From the NCBI RefSeq assembly GCF_044324785.1, contig NZ_CP172127.1: a stretch of DNA of 64,000 bases. The stretch is one strand, 5' to 3'. The notes beneath the pieces were generated by a model. It saw only the letters and a list, made by a program, of their open reading frames with translations, was not told the DNA's origin and searched no databases. This document shows, piece by piece, positions 42,684 through 53,941 of the stretch. Each line of letters starts with the position of its first letter. Position 1 is the first letter of the stretch. This stretch comes from Escherichia coli. GTDB taxonomy: Bacteria > Pseudomonadota > Gammaproteobacteria > Enterobacterales > Enterobacteriaceae. The translations under genes and the position numbers were made by a program.

Positions 42684-44273
42684 TTAATGCTCGCGGGTCT
42701 GGTGGAACTGAACGTCCGGATAACGTTCCTGCGCCAGGCGCAGATTGACCATGCTGGTAGCGATGTAAGCGAGGTTATCGCCGCCATCAAGCGCCAGTTG
42801 GCTTTCGTTCTTACGCTTGAACTCTTCGAATTTCTTCGCGTCCGCACATTCTACCCAGCGTGCAGTGGCAACGTTGACTGACTCATACACTGCTTCAACG
42901 TTGTATTCGCTCTTCAGGCGCGCTACCACCACATCAAACTGCAGCACACCAACCGCACCAACGATCAGGTCGTTGTTGGAGATCGGACGGAACACCTGCA
43001 CTGCGCCCTCTTCGGAAAGCTGTACCAGCCCTTTGAGCAGCTGTTTTTGCTTCAGTGGATCTTTCAGGCGGATACGACGGAACAGTTCTGGCGCGAAGTT
43101 CGGAATACCGGTGAACTTCATCATCTCACCCTGGGTAAAGGTGTCGCCGATCTGAATGGTGCCGTGGTTGTGCAGACCAAGGATATCGCCAGGATATGCT
43201 TCTTCAACGTGCGAACGGTCACCCGCCATAAAGGTCAGCGCGTCGGAGATCACCACATCTTTCGCAGTACGCACCTGGCGCAGCTTCATGCCTTTTTCAT
43301 ATTTACCGGACACCACACGCATAAACGCCACGCGGTCGCGGTGTTTCGGGTCCATGTTGGCCTGAATTTTAAATACGAAGCCGGTAAATTTGTCTTCGCT
43401 CGCTTCTACGGTACGGGTATCAGTCTGACGCGGCATCGGCGCAGGTGCCCACTCCACCAGGCCATCCAGCATATGATCGACACCGAAGTTACCCAGCGCA
43501 GTACCGAAGAATACCGGAGTGATTTCGCCCGCAAGGAACAATTCTTTGTCGAACTCGTTAGACGCGCCTTTCACCAGTTCCAGTTCATCACGCAGCTGCT
43601 GTGCCAGATCTTCACCAACCGCAGCATCGAGATCCGGGTTATTCAGCCCTTTAACAATGCGGACTTCCTGAATGGTGTGGCCTTTACCGCTCTGATAGAG
43701 ATAGGTTTCGTCTTTATAAAGGTGGTAAACGCCTTTAAACAGCTTGCCGCAGCCAATCGGCCAGGTGATCGGCGCACAGCCGATTTTCAGCTCGTTCTCA
43801 ACTTCATCGAGCAGCTCCATCGGGTCGCGGATATCACGGTCAAGTTTGTTCATAAAGGTGAGGATCGGCGTGTCGCGCAGACGGGTAACTTCCATCAGCT
43901 TACGGGTACGATCTTCAACACCTTTTGCAGCGTCGATAACCATCAGGCAGCAGTCCACCGCCGTCAGAGTACGATAGGTATCTTCCGAGAAGTCTTCGTG
44001 CCCCGGGGTGTCGAGCAGGTTAACCAGGCAGTCGTGATACGGAAACTGCATCACAGACGTGGTAATGGAGATCCCACGCTGCTTTTCCATCTCCATCCAG
44101 TCCGACTTAGCGTGCTGGTTAGAGCCACGGCCTTTTACTGTACCGGCGGTCTGAATGGCCTGTCCGAACAGCAGCACCTTCTCGGTGATGGTTGTTTTAC
44201 CGGCGTCCGGGTGAGAAATAATGGCAAAAGTGCGGCGCTTCGCCACCTCTTGCAAATAAGGAGACAACGTCAT
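42684..44273 (-). CDS. prfC: Peptide chain release factor 3
   Basis: ORF track 42684..44300; start set at [28 protein letters not shown] (529 aa). Confidence 0.96.
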
Positions 44274-44363
44274 AATTCTTTCTTCTTGAGTAAGCGGCAT
44301 CGCGCCGCGCTTGTTGAAAACGAAAAATTGCGGCTATTTTACCCATCAACGGGGGGGAGGCAA

Positions 44364-45041
44364 TCAGTGTTTACACAGGAGCTGCTCCAGTTCGTGCAAC
44401 GAAGAAACGGTCCAGGTGGGCGCGATGCCTTCTGGTTGCTCGCGATTGTGCGTATTCAGCCAGCAGGTCGCAAGCCCGGCGTTGATGCCACCGAGAATAT
44501 CGGACTCGGCAGTGTCGCCAACCATCAGCACGCGTGAACGGTCAGGATTGCCCGCCTGTTCCAGCGCATAATCGAAAATTTTCTTATTCGGTTTGGCAAC
44601 GCCAACTTCTTCGGAAATCACCAGCAAATCGAAGTAATCACGCAGGCCCGTGCGTTCCAGACGCACTTGCTGCAAGGCGCTAAAGCCGTTGGTGATGATG
44701 CCAATTTTAGCATTGCCACGAATGGCGTTAAGCAGAGAAACCGCGCCCGGCAGCGGCGTACAGATTTCCGCCATCGCATTAATAAAGGCTTCGTTGAGTT
44801 TACCCGGCTCGACGTTCAGCCGTTCGGCCCAGCTCTCAAACCGCCCGTGCTGAAGCTGTAATGAAGTGATCGCGCCGTTTTGATAATCCACCCACAGTGG
44901 CTTGTTAACGGCCTGATAGTCCTGAAAATCTTCAGCGGTAAAGGTGACGCTGTAATCAAGAAACATCCGCTGCAGGCCGGTGAATGAGTCAAAGGTAAAC
45001 AGCGTTTCATCGGCATCAAAGAAAATCCAGTCCCACTTCAT
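44364..45041 (-). CDS. yjjG: HAD-family pyrimidine 5'-nucleotidase YjjG
   Basis: ORF track 225 aa, [20 protein letters not shown]... Confidence 0.93.
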   Translation of the reverse strand: MKWDWIFFDADETLFTFDSFTGLQRMFLDYSVTFTAEDFQDYQAVNKPLWVDYQNGAITSLQLQHGRFESWAERLNVEPGKLNEAFINAMAEICTPLPGAVSLLNAIRGNAKIGIITNGFSALQQVRLERTGLRDYFDLLVISEEVGVAKPNKKIFDYALEQAGNPDRSRVLMVGDTAESDILGGINAGLATCWLNTHNREQPEGIAPTWTVSSLHELEQLLCKH

Positions 45042-45055
45042 TATTCCACCTTGTC

Positions 45056-45502
45056 TTACATACTGATTGGCAACGCCATGATGATGGCGTCTTCGCGACC
45101 GTCCGTGGTGGGGTAGTAATTGCGGCGAATCGTCGCCTCGTTAAAGCCTAAACTTTCGTACAGGGCAATGGCGGCAGCGTTTGAAGCACGGACTTCCAGC
45201 CATAGTGTCGCCACGCCGCGTTTTTCCAGTTCGTCGATCAGATGTTCCAGCAGCGCCCTTCCCAATCCCTGACGCTGATAGTCAGGATCGACCGCAATAT
45301 TGAACAATGTAGCTTCATCCAGCACCACTTGCGTAATCGCAAACGCCGCCATTTTGCCGTTTTGCGTTAACTGAAAGTTGAGATAACGCTCGCCCTGGTT
45401 GCTGGCAAAGGTTTTTTCACTCCACGGAAAGGCGTGGGCGCGTTGTTCAATGTGGTAAGCCGCTGGTAAATCAGTCGTTTCGAGGGAAGAAATCGTGTTC
45501 AT
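45056..45502 (-). CDS. rimI: Ribosomal protein S18 alanine N-acetyltransferase
   Basis: ORF track 148 aa; GNAT motif [13 protein letters not shown]. Confidence 0.93.
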   Translation of the reverse strand: MNTISSLETTDLPAAYHIEQRAHAFPWSEKTFASNQGERYLNFQLTQNGKMAAFAITQVVLDEATLFNIAVDPDYQRQGLGRALLEHLIDELEKRGVATLWLEVRASNAAAIALYESLGFNEATIRRNYYPTTDGREDAIIMALPISM

Positions 45503-45884
45503 ATGTGCAAATTTGTTGCCATAACGCGGCGCGTGCCGTTGGGTTTGCCCGTAATTCGGTGAGCGCCGGTGATGCCACCTGAGCGCCTTCCAATGATAGC
45601 GGTTCGTCAGTACCCAACCGCCAGCTGTTGCAGCGACTGCCTTGCGGCAGCATCGCGATTTTTTCTGGCGTCAGTTGCAGCACTTGATCGGGGCTGACGG
45701 TTAATGCGCGCAGAACATCGCTCACTAAAGGATCAGTCAGGGCGGGAAGATCGTTTGCCACCATCACCAGACGGACGTGTGCCGGGATCGCAATGGCAAT
45801 CTCCCCCTGCAACGCGCCAGGGCGACGCAGCGACCACTGGGTAATGCCCAGTTGCTGTAACTGCCAGTCTCGTCGGGATGTCAT
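45471..45884 (-). CDS. holD: DNA polymerase III psi subunit
   Basis: ORF track 137 aa, MTSRRDWQLQQLGITQWSLRRPGALQGEIAIAIP...; 32-nt overlap with rimI. Confidence 0.93.
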   Translation of the reverse strand: MTSRRDWQLQQLGITQWSLRRPGALQGEIAIAIPAHVRLVMVANDLPALTDPLVSDVLRALTVSPDQVLQLTPEKIAMLPQGSRCNSWRLGTDEPLSLEGAQVASPALTELRANPTARAALWQQICTYEHDFFPRND

Positions 45885-45986
45885 AGCGAATCGCTCCTGT
45901 TGTCAGGGGCGCAAATATAGCAAATTCGTCGATACCGCGCCAACATATGGCTATAATCGCCGCCAGTATCAATTGAGGAGCATTCC

Positions 45987-47018
45987 ATGTCTGCATTTAC
46001 CCCGGCAAGTGAAGTCTTGCTGCGTCACAGTGATGATTTCGAACAAAGCCGTATTCTGTTTGCCGGAGACTTACAGGATGACCTGCCCGCGCGTTTAGAT
46101 ACCGCGGCCAGCCGTGCTCATACCCAGCAATTCCACCACTGGCAGGTGTTAAGCCGCCAGATGGGGGATAACGCCCGTTTTAGTCTGGTCGCCACGGCGA
46201 ATGATGTCGCAGATTGCAATACGCTGATTTACTACTGGCCGAAGAACAAACCGGAAGCCCAGTTCCAGTTGACGAATTTACTTTCTCTACTGCCGGTGGG
46301 CACGGATATTTTTGTCGTTGGCGAGAACCGCAGCGGCGTGCGCAGCGCCGAACAGATGCTGGCAGATTATGCGCCGTTGAATAAAGTCGACAGCGCCCGT
46401 CGCTGTGGCCTCTATTTTGGTCGTCTGGAAAAACAGCCGGTATTTGATGCCGATAAATTCTGGGGCGAATACAGCGTCGATGGCCTGACGGTCAAAACGC
46501 TGCCGGGCGTGTTTAGCCGCGACGGTCTGGATGTCGGTAGCCAGTTACTGCTCTCGACGTTAACTCCGCACACGAAAGGTAAAGTGCTGGATGTCGGCTG
46601 TGGCGCGGGCGTGCTTTCTGTTGCCTTTGCGCGCCATTCACCGAAAATTCGTCTCACTCTGTGCGATGTCTCTGCGCCAGCGGTAGAAGCCAGCCGCGCA
46701 ACACTTGCCGCCAACGGCGTTGAAGGTGAAGTCTTTGCCAGTAACGTCTTTTCCGAGGTGAAAGGTCGTTTTGATATGATCATCTCCAACCCGCCGTTCC
46801 ACGATGGGATGCAAACCAGCCTCGATGCGGCGCAAACGCTGATTCGCGGCGCGGTGCGTCATCTTAATAGCGGCGGCGAGCTGCGAATTGTAGCGAACGC
46901 CTTCCTGCCTTATCCGGACGTGCTGGATGAGACATTTGGCTTCCATGAAGTTATCGCGCAAACCGGGCGCTTCAAGGTGTATCGCGCCATTATGACCCGC
47001 CAGGCGAAGAAAGGTTAA
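45987..47018 (+). CDS. rsmC: 16S rRNA m2G1207 methyltransferase RsmC
   Basis: ORF track 343 aa; SAM-binding motif [12 protein letters not shown]. Confidence 0.95.
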   Translation: MSAFTPASEVLLRHSDDFEQSRILFAGDLQDDLPARLDTAASRAHTQQFHHWQVLSRQMGDNARFSLVATANDVADCNTLIYYWPKNKPEAQFQLTNLLSLLPVGTDIFVVGENRSGVRSAEQMLADYAPLNKVDSARRCGLYFGRLEKQPVFDADKFWGEYSVDGLTVKTLPGVFSRDGLDVGSQLLLSTLTPHTKGKVLDVGCGAGVLSVAFARHSPKIRLTLCDVSAPAVEASRATLAANGVEGEVFASNVFSEVKGRFDMIISNPPFHDGMQTSLDAAQTLIRGAVRHLNSGGELRIVANAFLPYPDVLDETFGFHEVIAQTGRFKVYRAIMTRQAKKG

Positions 47019-47033
47019 GTATCTGGCACCTGT

Positions 47034-47077
47034 CGCCGCATACCGTGTCGGATGCGGCGTACACGCCTTATCTGACC
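47034..47077. repeat. REP-like palindromic element downstream of rsmC
   Basis: gccgcataccgtgtcggatgcggcgtacacgccttatctgacc read directly. Confidence 0.55.
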
Positions 47078-47148
47078 GACAAACGAATTATCCACAATTC
47101 GCTGATGGCCATTTTTCCAGCAATTACACCTCTGTCGATAATTAACTA

Positions 47149-47176
47149 TTGACGAAAAGCTGAAAACCACTAGAAT
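47149..47176 (+). promoter_or_regulatory. tRNA-Leu promoter (-35 TTGACG, 16-bp spacer, -10 TAGAAT, GC-rich discriminator)
   Basis: Hexamers read directly; AT-rich upstream stretch; 41 nt between the -10 and the mature tRNA 5' end. Confidence 0.75.
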
Positions 47177-47217
47177 GCGCCTCCGTGGTAGCAATTCTTT
47201 TTAAGAATTGATGGTAT

Positions 47218-47304
47218 GCGAAGGTGGCGGAATTGGTAGACGCGCTAGCTTCAGGTGTTAGTGTCCTTACGGACGTGGGGGTTCAAGTCCCCCCCCTCGC
47301 ACCA
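47218..47304 (+). tRNA. leuQ: tRNA-Leu (anticodon CAG), 87 nt with encoded CCA
   Basis: GCGAAGGTGGCGGAATTGGTAGACGCGCTAGCTTCAGGTGTTAGTGTCCTTACGGACGTGGGGGTTCAAGTCCCCCCCCTCGCACCA; class II tRNA with long variable arm. Confidence 0.95.
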
Positions 47305-47342
47305 ATTATCTTTACTTCCTTTCTTGTTGCTTCCCTGTTTTA

Positions 47343-47579
47343 TCATCCCTGCTTCAAATTCATTATCATCAGCATGATGCCAGCAATAAGCGCCAGGCAC
47401 GATGGCAGCAAAACGTAATGCCGCAACTGTTTGTGATACAGCATCACCGGCGTCAATACTAATCCCATCAGAATGATAATCCGCCATTGATCCGGCGATA
47501 AATCCGCATACATCAGCCCTGCAATCAGCAATCCCGGCAGCAACACTCCCCAGCCACTGCCCAGCGTACGTTGCAACAT
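47343..47579 (-). CDS. yjjZ: Small membrane protein YjjZ (78 aa)
   Basis: Internal start MLQRTLGSGWGVLLPGLLIAGLMYADLSPDQWRIIILMGL... within ORF track 47343..47690. Confidence 0.75.
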   Translation of the reverse strand: MLQRTLGSGWGVLLPGLLIAGLMYADLSPDQWRIIILMGLVLTPVMLYHKQLRHYVLLPSCLALIAGIMLMIMNLKQG

Positions 47580-47719
47580 GGTTTCATCTCTTTCATTGAT
47601 AATGATAACCAATATCATATGATAATTTTTATCATTTGCAAGCCAGAGAAATCCCTTGCTATCGGGTAAACCTATCGCTAGGATTAGCAATCATTATCAT
47701 TTAGATTACTATCACGATT

Positions 47720-48508
47720 ATGGCCTATCGTTCCGCACCGCTCTATGAAGATGTTATCTGGCGAACGCATCTCCAGCCGCAGGATGCTGGGCTTGCACAA
47801 GCCGTACGGGCGACGATCGCCGAACATCGTGAACATTTGCTGGAGTTTATCCGTCTGGATGAACCCGCACCGCTCCGTGCCATGACGCTGGCGCAATGGT
47901 CATCACCGAATACGCTAAGTTCTCTACTGGCGGTCTATTCCGATCATATCTACCGCAACCAACCCTTGATGATCCGCGAGAACAAACCGCTGATCTCACT
48001 ATGGGCACAATGGTATATCGGCCTGATGGTGCCACCATTAATGCTGGCGCTACTGACGCAGGAAAAAGCATTAGATGTGTCGCCGGAACATTTCCATGCT
48101 GAGTTTCACGAAACCGGACGCGCCGCCTGTTTCTGGGTCGATGTGTGTGAAGATAAAAACGCAACACCACATTCGCCGCAGCAGCGAATGGAAACGTTAA
48201 TCAGCCAGGCGCTGGTTCCGGTTGTGCAGGCACTAGAAGCGACCGGAGAGATCAACGGCAAACTTATCTGGAGTAATACCGGTTATTTGATCAACTGGTA
48301 TCTCACTGAGATGAAGCAACTGCTCGGCGAGGCGACGGTTGAATCGCTGCGCCATGCCCTATTTTTTGAGAAAACGCTCACGACCGGTGAAGATAATCCA
48401 CTCTGGCGTACCGTGGTGCTGCGCGACGGCCTACTGGTGCGCCGCACTTGCTGCCAGCGTTATCGCTTACCGGATGTGCAGCAATGTGGCGATTGTACGC
48501 TGAAATGA
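47720..48508 (+). CDS. fhuF: Ferric-siderophore reductase FhuF (2Fe-2S)
   Basis: ORF track 262 aa; C-terminal C-C-x10-C-x2-C motif (CCQRYRLPDVQQCGDC). Confidence 0.93.
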   Translation: MAYRSAPLYEDVIWRTHLQPQDAGLAQAVRATIAEHREHLLEFIRLDEPAPLRAMTLAQWSSPNTLSSLLAVYSDHIYRNQPLMIRENKPLISLWAQWYIGLMVPPLMLALLTQEKALDVSPEHFHAEFHETGRAACFWVDVCEDKNATPHSPQQRMETLISQALVPVVQALEATGEINGKLIWSNTGYLINWYLTEMKQLLGEATVESLRHALFFEKTLTTGEDNPLWRTVVLRDGLLVRRTCCQRYRLPDVQQCGDCTLK

Positions 48509-48544
48509 AGCACTGCCGGGGAAGTAAACCCGGCATCATGTGGA

Positions 48545-49222
48545 TTAATAGGGATGCAACACATTACTTGCTTCGCAATGCCGCATACATAACAGAATAT
48601 CTGCGGCCTCCAACAACCCTGCATCAGAACTGACGCCCAGTTTCGACATCACATTAAATTTATGTGCACGGATCGTTTTGATATTGCGTTTAAGCTGCTC
48701 GGCAATTTGTGTCATTGAGTAGCCACGCGACATAAAGCGCAATATTTCTCTCTCCGTCGGGCTTAGCGTTCGGCTTTGATTAATGTACCACTGATTGTTC
48801 AGTCGGTCGGTCGCCTGACGTACACCATTTAATGACAAAAAGAGTTCCTGATGAAAAATCTCCAGCGTTGACGCTTTACTTAATACACCGTCCAGCGGTG
48901 ATGGCGACAATGAACCGATCAGCCGAGCTTCAATATCATCATCCGCAATAACTAAACGTCGGGTACGCGGAAACTTAATCGCCAGTTCAGTCAGGCAAGA
49001 TAATCCCTCTCTGCGTTCACTTCTCATGGCAGAAAAAGAAAAAATGACCGCCGCAAACGAGATCCGCGACATGGCATCCTGAAATGACTCCTGACTGGTA
49101 TAGGTATGGAGCTTATAAGGGTTACCTGCAAACTTTCTGAATAAACTCTCAATACCGATACTGCTCATGACGCATTTTTCTATGAGTGCGACATTTCTCT
49201 TCTTAATTCGGCTGTGTTCCAT
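48545..49222 (-). CDS. bglJ: LuxR-family transcriptional activator BglJ
   Basis: ORF track 225 aa; C-terminal LuxR HTH ([25 protein letters not shown]). Confidence 0.9.
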
Positions 49223-49905
49223 TCTGCGGCATCTCCATAAACAGAAGGCAAGTTAAGTTCTCTTGCACCCTGCGCGCTATTTATCCATGCATACATTTCA
49301 GCGTTGCTGTGAATTGCCAGTCGACGCATCGCACTGTTTTTTTGGGCGCTGATAGTTTTATTACTTTTCTTAAGCAATGAAGCTATCTGGTTGATGCCCC
49401 ATCCTTTACCTAATAGCCGCAGTACCTTGCGCTCTGAAAGAGTGAGAATGACGGAGCGATAGCTAAAATCATGAGTTTCAGTCATTGCCGGAGAGGTCAG
49501 CATGGCGCTGATACGCTCTGCGTGCGTATTGCCGGAACGTACGGTCTTGACCAGATTCTCAATAGGTTCAACATCAGACAATAACGTCGCCGTAGGGCAC
49601 ATGAGCAATTCTACTGCCTGGGAATACCAGGAGCGTGACACCATGAAAACCCAGTGAATTTCCCGATATTGTGAGATTAAAGAATAATAATGTTCACAAA
49701 CAGAACGTGGATCTTCACTTTCACCGGCTAAATCAGCAATAACTAATCCGGAACGACGTAATTGTAATAAGGTAAGGTCCTCCGCAGAGGCGCTGGATAT
49801 TATTTCATATTCAGGGAAGTGAGTCCTCATGACCTCTTTTAACCCTGCTTGCATAACAGGTATTTTACTGATAACAATTCCATTTTTGCAGCATCCTGGC
49901 AACAT
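49180..49905 (-). CDS. yjjQ: LuxR-family transcriptional regulator YjjQ
   Basis: ORF track 241 aa; C-terminal LuxR HTH ([23 protein letters not shown]); overlaps bglJ by 43 nt. Confidence 0.9.
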
Positions 49906-50523
49906 ATTTCCTCCACATCCACTGTCTAAAAATCATGATGGTTTATTCAGGATATTCATTCCTTAAATGTTTCCAGCAAATTAATAGATTAAGCGAATAA
50001 ATTATCCTTAGCATTCACTTTCATATCAGCATACTCCTGCTGCACAACAACTCCACTGCATGTGTCAGAAGGTTAGCATCAAATGATAACCTGGTGAAAT
50101 AGCCTGGAGACATTTAAAATATCTACATTAAGTTGTTAGAAATACTTAATGAAAAACAGAATTCTCATTCATTTAATTTATAATTAACTGATATCCCTTC
50201 CCGCAGAATGCAAAATCACACAATCAATATTTATTCAATAAAATCTGATAGTTTTAACTTGTAAAAATTAAAAAACGCGCCCAGTTATCTTTTATCCTGA
50301 TTCGTAAAGGCTAAACAATAAATTCATTATAGTGATAATATTCATGCGATAATTTGTTTGCGGCGAGAGATAATTCGCTTTTTAACACCGAGCTTCTCCC
50401 GATAACCAGGATTAATCAGCGCAATTTTGATCTTAACCTACCGCAAAACAACCGTGCTTCATGATACAAATGGATTCTCATTATCTGAACAATACGCAGC
50501 ACGTCTATGACAAAGGGCGAGTT

Positions 50524-51294
50524 ATGCAAACTGAGCAACAGCGAGCCGTAACACGGCTTTGTATCCAGTGTGGATTATTTCTTTTGCAACATGGTGCGGA
50601 AAGCGCGTTGGTTGATGAGCTTTCCTCACGACTGGGTCGGGCGTTGGGAATGGACAGCGTCGAAAGTTCTATCTCTTCGAACGCCATAGTGCTGACAACC
50701 ATCAAAGATGGACAATGCCTGACATCGACACGTAAAAATCACGATCGCGGCATTAATATGCATGTGGTGACTGAAGTCCAGCACATTGTGATTCTGGCGG
50801 AGCATCATCTGCTGGATTACAAAGGTGTAGAGAAACGATTTAGCCAAATTCAGCCATTACGTTACCCGAGATGGCTGGTAGCCTTAATGGTCGGCCTTTC
50901 TTGCGCCTGTTTCTGTAAACTCAATAAAGGTGGCTGGGATGGTGCCGTCATCACCTTCTTTGCCAGTACGGTCGCGATGTATATCCGCCAGCTGCTGGCA
51001 CAACGTCATCTTCATCCACAGATCAACTTTTGCCTCACCGCTTTCGCCGCCACCACCATTTCCGGTTTGCTTTTGCAACTTCCCACTTTCAGCAATACAC
51101 CCACTATCGCGATGGCCGCCAGCGTTCTGCTGCTGGTGCCGGGTTTTCCGTTGATTAATGCCGTCGCCGATATGTTTAAAGGCCACATCAATACCGGACT
51201 GGCACGCTGGGCGATCGCCAGTCTGCTGACACTGGCTACCTGCGTCGGCGTGGTGATGGCACTGACGATTTGGGGGCTACGCGGATGGGTGTGA
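50524..51294 (+). CDS. yjjP: Inner membrane protein YjjP (ThrE-family-like)
   Basis: ORF track 50461..51294; start set at [27 protein letters not shown] (256 aa). Confidence 0.88.
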   Translation: MQTEQQRAVTRLCIQCGLFLLQHGAESALVDELSSRLGRALGMDSVESSISSNAIVLTTIKDGQCLTSTRKNHDRGINMHVVTEVQHIVILAEHHLLDYKGVEKRFSQIQPLRYPRWLVALMVGLSCACFCKLNKGGWDGAVITFFASTVAMYIRQLLAQRHLHPQINFCLTAFAATTISGLLLQLPTFSNTPTIAMAASVLLLVPGFPLINAVADMFKGHINTGLARWAIASLLTLATCVGVVMALTIWGLRGWV

Positions 51295-51758
51295 TCGAAT
51301 TTCTGTTCGCGTTGGCGCAGGATATGATCCTCGCCGCCATTCCAGCGGTCGGCTTTGCGATGGTGTTCAACGTTCCCGTTCGGGCGTTACGCTGGTGTGC
51401 GCTGCTTGGCGCGATTGGTCATGGTTCACGAATGATCTTAATGACCAGCGGGCTGAATATTGAGTGGTCAACCTTTATGGCCTCCATGCTGGTCGGCACC
51501 ATTGGTATTCAATGGTCGCGCTGGTATCTTGCGCATCCGAAAGTGTTTACCGTGGCGGCTGTTATCCCCATGTTCCCTGGCATATCGGCTTATACCGCAA
51601 TGATTTCGGCGGTAAAAATCAGCCAGTTAGGTTACAGCGAGTCATTGATGATTACCCTATTAACCAACTTTCTTACAGCTTCATCGATTGTTGGTGCATT
51701 ATCCATCGGTCTTTCCATTCCTGGATTATGGTTGTACCGCAAGCGCCCTCGCGTATAA
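51285..51758 (+). CDS. yjjB: Inner membrane protein YjjB
   Basis: ORF track 51270..51758; start set at [26 protein letters not shown] (157 aa); overlaps the yjjP end. Confidence 0.88.
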   Translation: MGVIEFLFALAQDMILAAIPAVGFAMVFNVPVRALRWCALLGAIGHGSRMILMTSGLNIEWSTFMASMLVGTIGIQWSRWYLAHPKVFTVAAVIPMFPGISAYTAMISAVKISQLGYSESLMITLLTNFLTASSIVGALSIGLSIPGLWLYRKRPRV

Positions 51759-51865
51759 AATTGCCTCGCTTAAAGCACACGGATGAGAGACAGCCTCCTC
51801 TCCTCCGTGTGTTACTATAAAAGTTATCTCCCTTCTCGTTCATCGTTCCATATTTGAGAAACAGT

Positions 51866-52405
51866 ATGTCTTCCAGAGTTTTGACCCCGGACGTCGTTGG
51901 TATTGACGCCCTGGTACACGATCACCAAACCGTTCTGGCAAAAGCTGAAGGCGGTGTGGTTGCCGTATTTGCTAACAATGCCCCGGCGTTTTATGCCGTC
52001 ACGCCTGCACGCCTGGCTGAACTGCTGGCGCTGGAAGAAAAGCTGGCGCGTCCGGGAAGCGATGTCGCTCTGGACGATCAACTCTATCAGGAACCGCAAG
52101 CCGCTCCCGTTGCTGTACCCATGGGGAAATTCGCCATGTATCCGGACTGGCAACCCGATGCCGACTTTATCCGCCTGGCGGCGCTATGGGGCGTGGCGCT
52201 AAGAGAGCCGGTGACCACCGAAGAACTGGCCTCATTCATTGCCTACTGGCAGGCGGAAGGTAAAGTCTTTCACCATGTGCAGTGGCAACAAAAACTGGCG
52301 CGCAGCCTGCAAATCGGCCGTGCCAGCAACGGCGGACTGCCGAAACGAGATGTGAATACGGTCAGCGAACCTGACAGCCAAATTCCACCAGGATTCAGAG
52401 GGTAA
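51866..52405 (+). CDS. dnaT: Primosomal protein DnaT
   Basis: ORF track 51854..52405; start set at [29 protein letters not shown] (179 aa). Confidence 0.93.
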
Positions 52406-52407
52406 CG

Positions 52408-53145
52408 ATGAAAAACGTTGGCGACCTGATGCAACGCCTGCAAAAAATGATGCCTGCCCATATCAAACCTGCGTTCAAAACGGGTGAAGAACTACTGGCC
52501 TGGCAGAAAGAACAAGGGGCGATCCGCTCCGCCGCTCTCGAACGTGAAAATCGGGCGATGAAAATGCAGCGCACCTTTAACCGCTCCGGTATTCGTCCAC
52601 TGCATCAGAACTGCTCCTTTGAGAACTATCGCGTTGAGTGTGAAGGGCAAATGAATGCGTTAAGCAAAGCGCGCCAGTATGTCGAAGAGTTTGACGGCAA
52701 CATCGCCAGCTTCATCTTTTCTGGTAAGCCAGGAACCGGCAAAAACCATCTGGCGGCAGCAATCTGCAACGAGCTGCTGCTACGCGGTAAATCCGTATTG
52801 ATCATCACCGTGGCCGATATTATGTCGGCGATGAAAGATACCTTCAGGAATAGCGGTACCAGCGAAGAACAACTGCTTAACGATCTGAGCAACGTTGATC
52901 TGCTGGTGATCGATGAGATCGGCGTGCAGACCGAATCGAAATACGAAAAAGTGATCATCAACCAGATCGTCGATCGCCGCTCTTCTTCCAAACGCCCAAC
53001 CGGGATGCTGACCAACAGTAATATGGAAGAGATGACCAAGTTGCTGGGCGAACGCGTGATGGACCGTATGCGCCTGGGTAACAGTTTGTGGGTGATCTTC
53101 AACTGGGATAGCTACCGTAGCCGGGTAACGGGTAAAGAGTATTAA
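52408..53145 (+). CDS. dnaC: Helicase loader DnaC
   Basis: ORF track 245 aa; Walker A GKPGTGKNHLAAAI. Confidence 0.96.
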   Translation: MKNVGDLMQRLQKMMPAHIKPAFKTGEELLAWQKEQGAIRSAALERENRAMKMQRTFNRSGIRPLHQNCSFENYRVECEGQMNALSKARQYVEEFDGNIASFIFSGKPGTGKNHLAAAICNELLLRGKSVLIITVADIMSAMKDTFRNSGTSEEQLLNDLSNVDLLVIDEIGVQTESKYEKVIINQIVDRRSSSKRPTGMLTNSNMEEMTKLLGERVMDRMRLGNSLWVIFNWDSYRSRVTGKEY

Positions 53146-53193
53146 TCCCCGTTTCTGGCGGTATACTGCGACACAATTCCACCTTGAGTAATG

Positions 53194-53688
53194 ATGATGA
53201 AAACTGTTAAACATCTTCTGTGCTGTGCCATTGCCGCCAGCGCATTAATTTCCACCGGGGCACATGCTGCGTCATGGAAAGATGCGCTCTCCAGCGCCGC
53301 CAGCGAACTTGGCAACCAAAACAACACGACACAGGAAGGCGGTTGGTCGCTCGCGTCATTAACTAACTTGCTTAGCAGCGGGAACCAGGCCTTAAGCGCA
53401 GATAACATGAACAATGCCGCAGGCATTCTGCAATACTGCGCGAAGCAAAAGCTGGCTTCGGTAACCGATGCCGAAAACATCAAGAATCAGGTACTGGAAA
53501 AACTGGGCCTGAACAGTGAAGAGCAAAAAGAAGACACCAACTACCTAGATGGCATTCAGGGTTTGCTGAAAACCAAAGATGGTCAGCAACTCAATCTGGA
53601 TAACATCGGAACGACTCCGCTGGCAGAAAAGGTGAAAACCAAAGCCTGCGATCTGGTGTTAAAGCAGGGGCTGAACTTCATTTCCTGA
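53194..53688 (+). CDS. yjjA: DUF2501 secreted protein YjjA
   Basis: ORF track 53191..53688; signal peptide MMKTVKHLLCCAIAASALISTGAHA; start codon choice among three tandem Met is uncertain. Confidence 0.85.
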   Translation: MMKTVKHLLCCAIAASALISTGAHAASWKDALSSAASELGNQNNTTQEGGWSLASLTNLLSSGNQALSADNMNNAAGILQYCAKQKLASVTDAENIKNQVLEKLGLNSEEQKEDTNYLDGIQGLLKTKDGQQLNLDNIGTTPLAEKVKTKACDLVLKQGLNFIS

Positions 53689-53941
53689 ACCGCGAAACGC
53701 CGCGTTTTAGCTGTTACCCGGCTGACGCGGCTCTCTCCTGCCCTTTTCCCTGCCCCTGGACGGTTTTCCCCCTGTTACACGGGAAGCGACCGTAATCAAA
53801 AAAGTCTGTTTATAAACTAATTCCTAACAACATCGCATTTTTTTGACACTAGAATTGCAGCAATATGGCGACGCCATTACATTGTGCTTCTCAAAAAGCT
53901 TAAACGTTGGCTAAACGGCCCGGTTTAGTGAGGATCGCCCG

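Noticed and set aside
43047-44537. 496-codon plus-strand ORF antisense to prfC, running into yjjG
   Set aside because: Lies entirely opposite a highly conserved gene whose own frame is unambiguous; no RBS or promoter context; composition looks like a shadow ORF. The same applies to other long antisense ORFs in the track (18019..18879, 2911..3630, 21001..21936, 33299..34111, 34388..35287, 35918..36694, 38465..39211, 41632..42324, 55535..56089).
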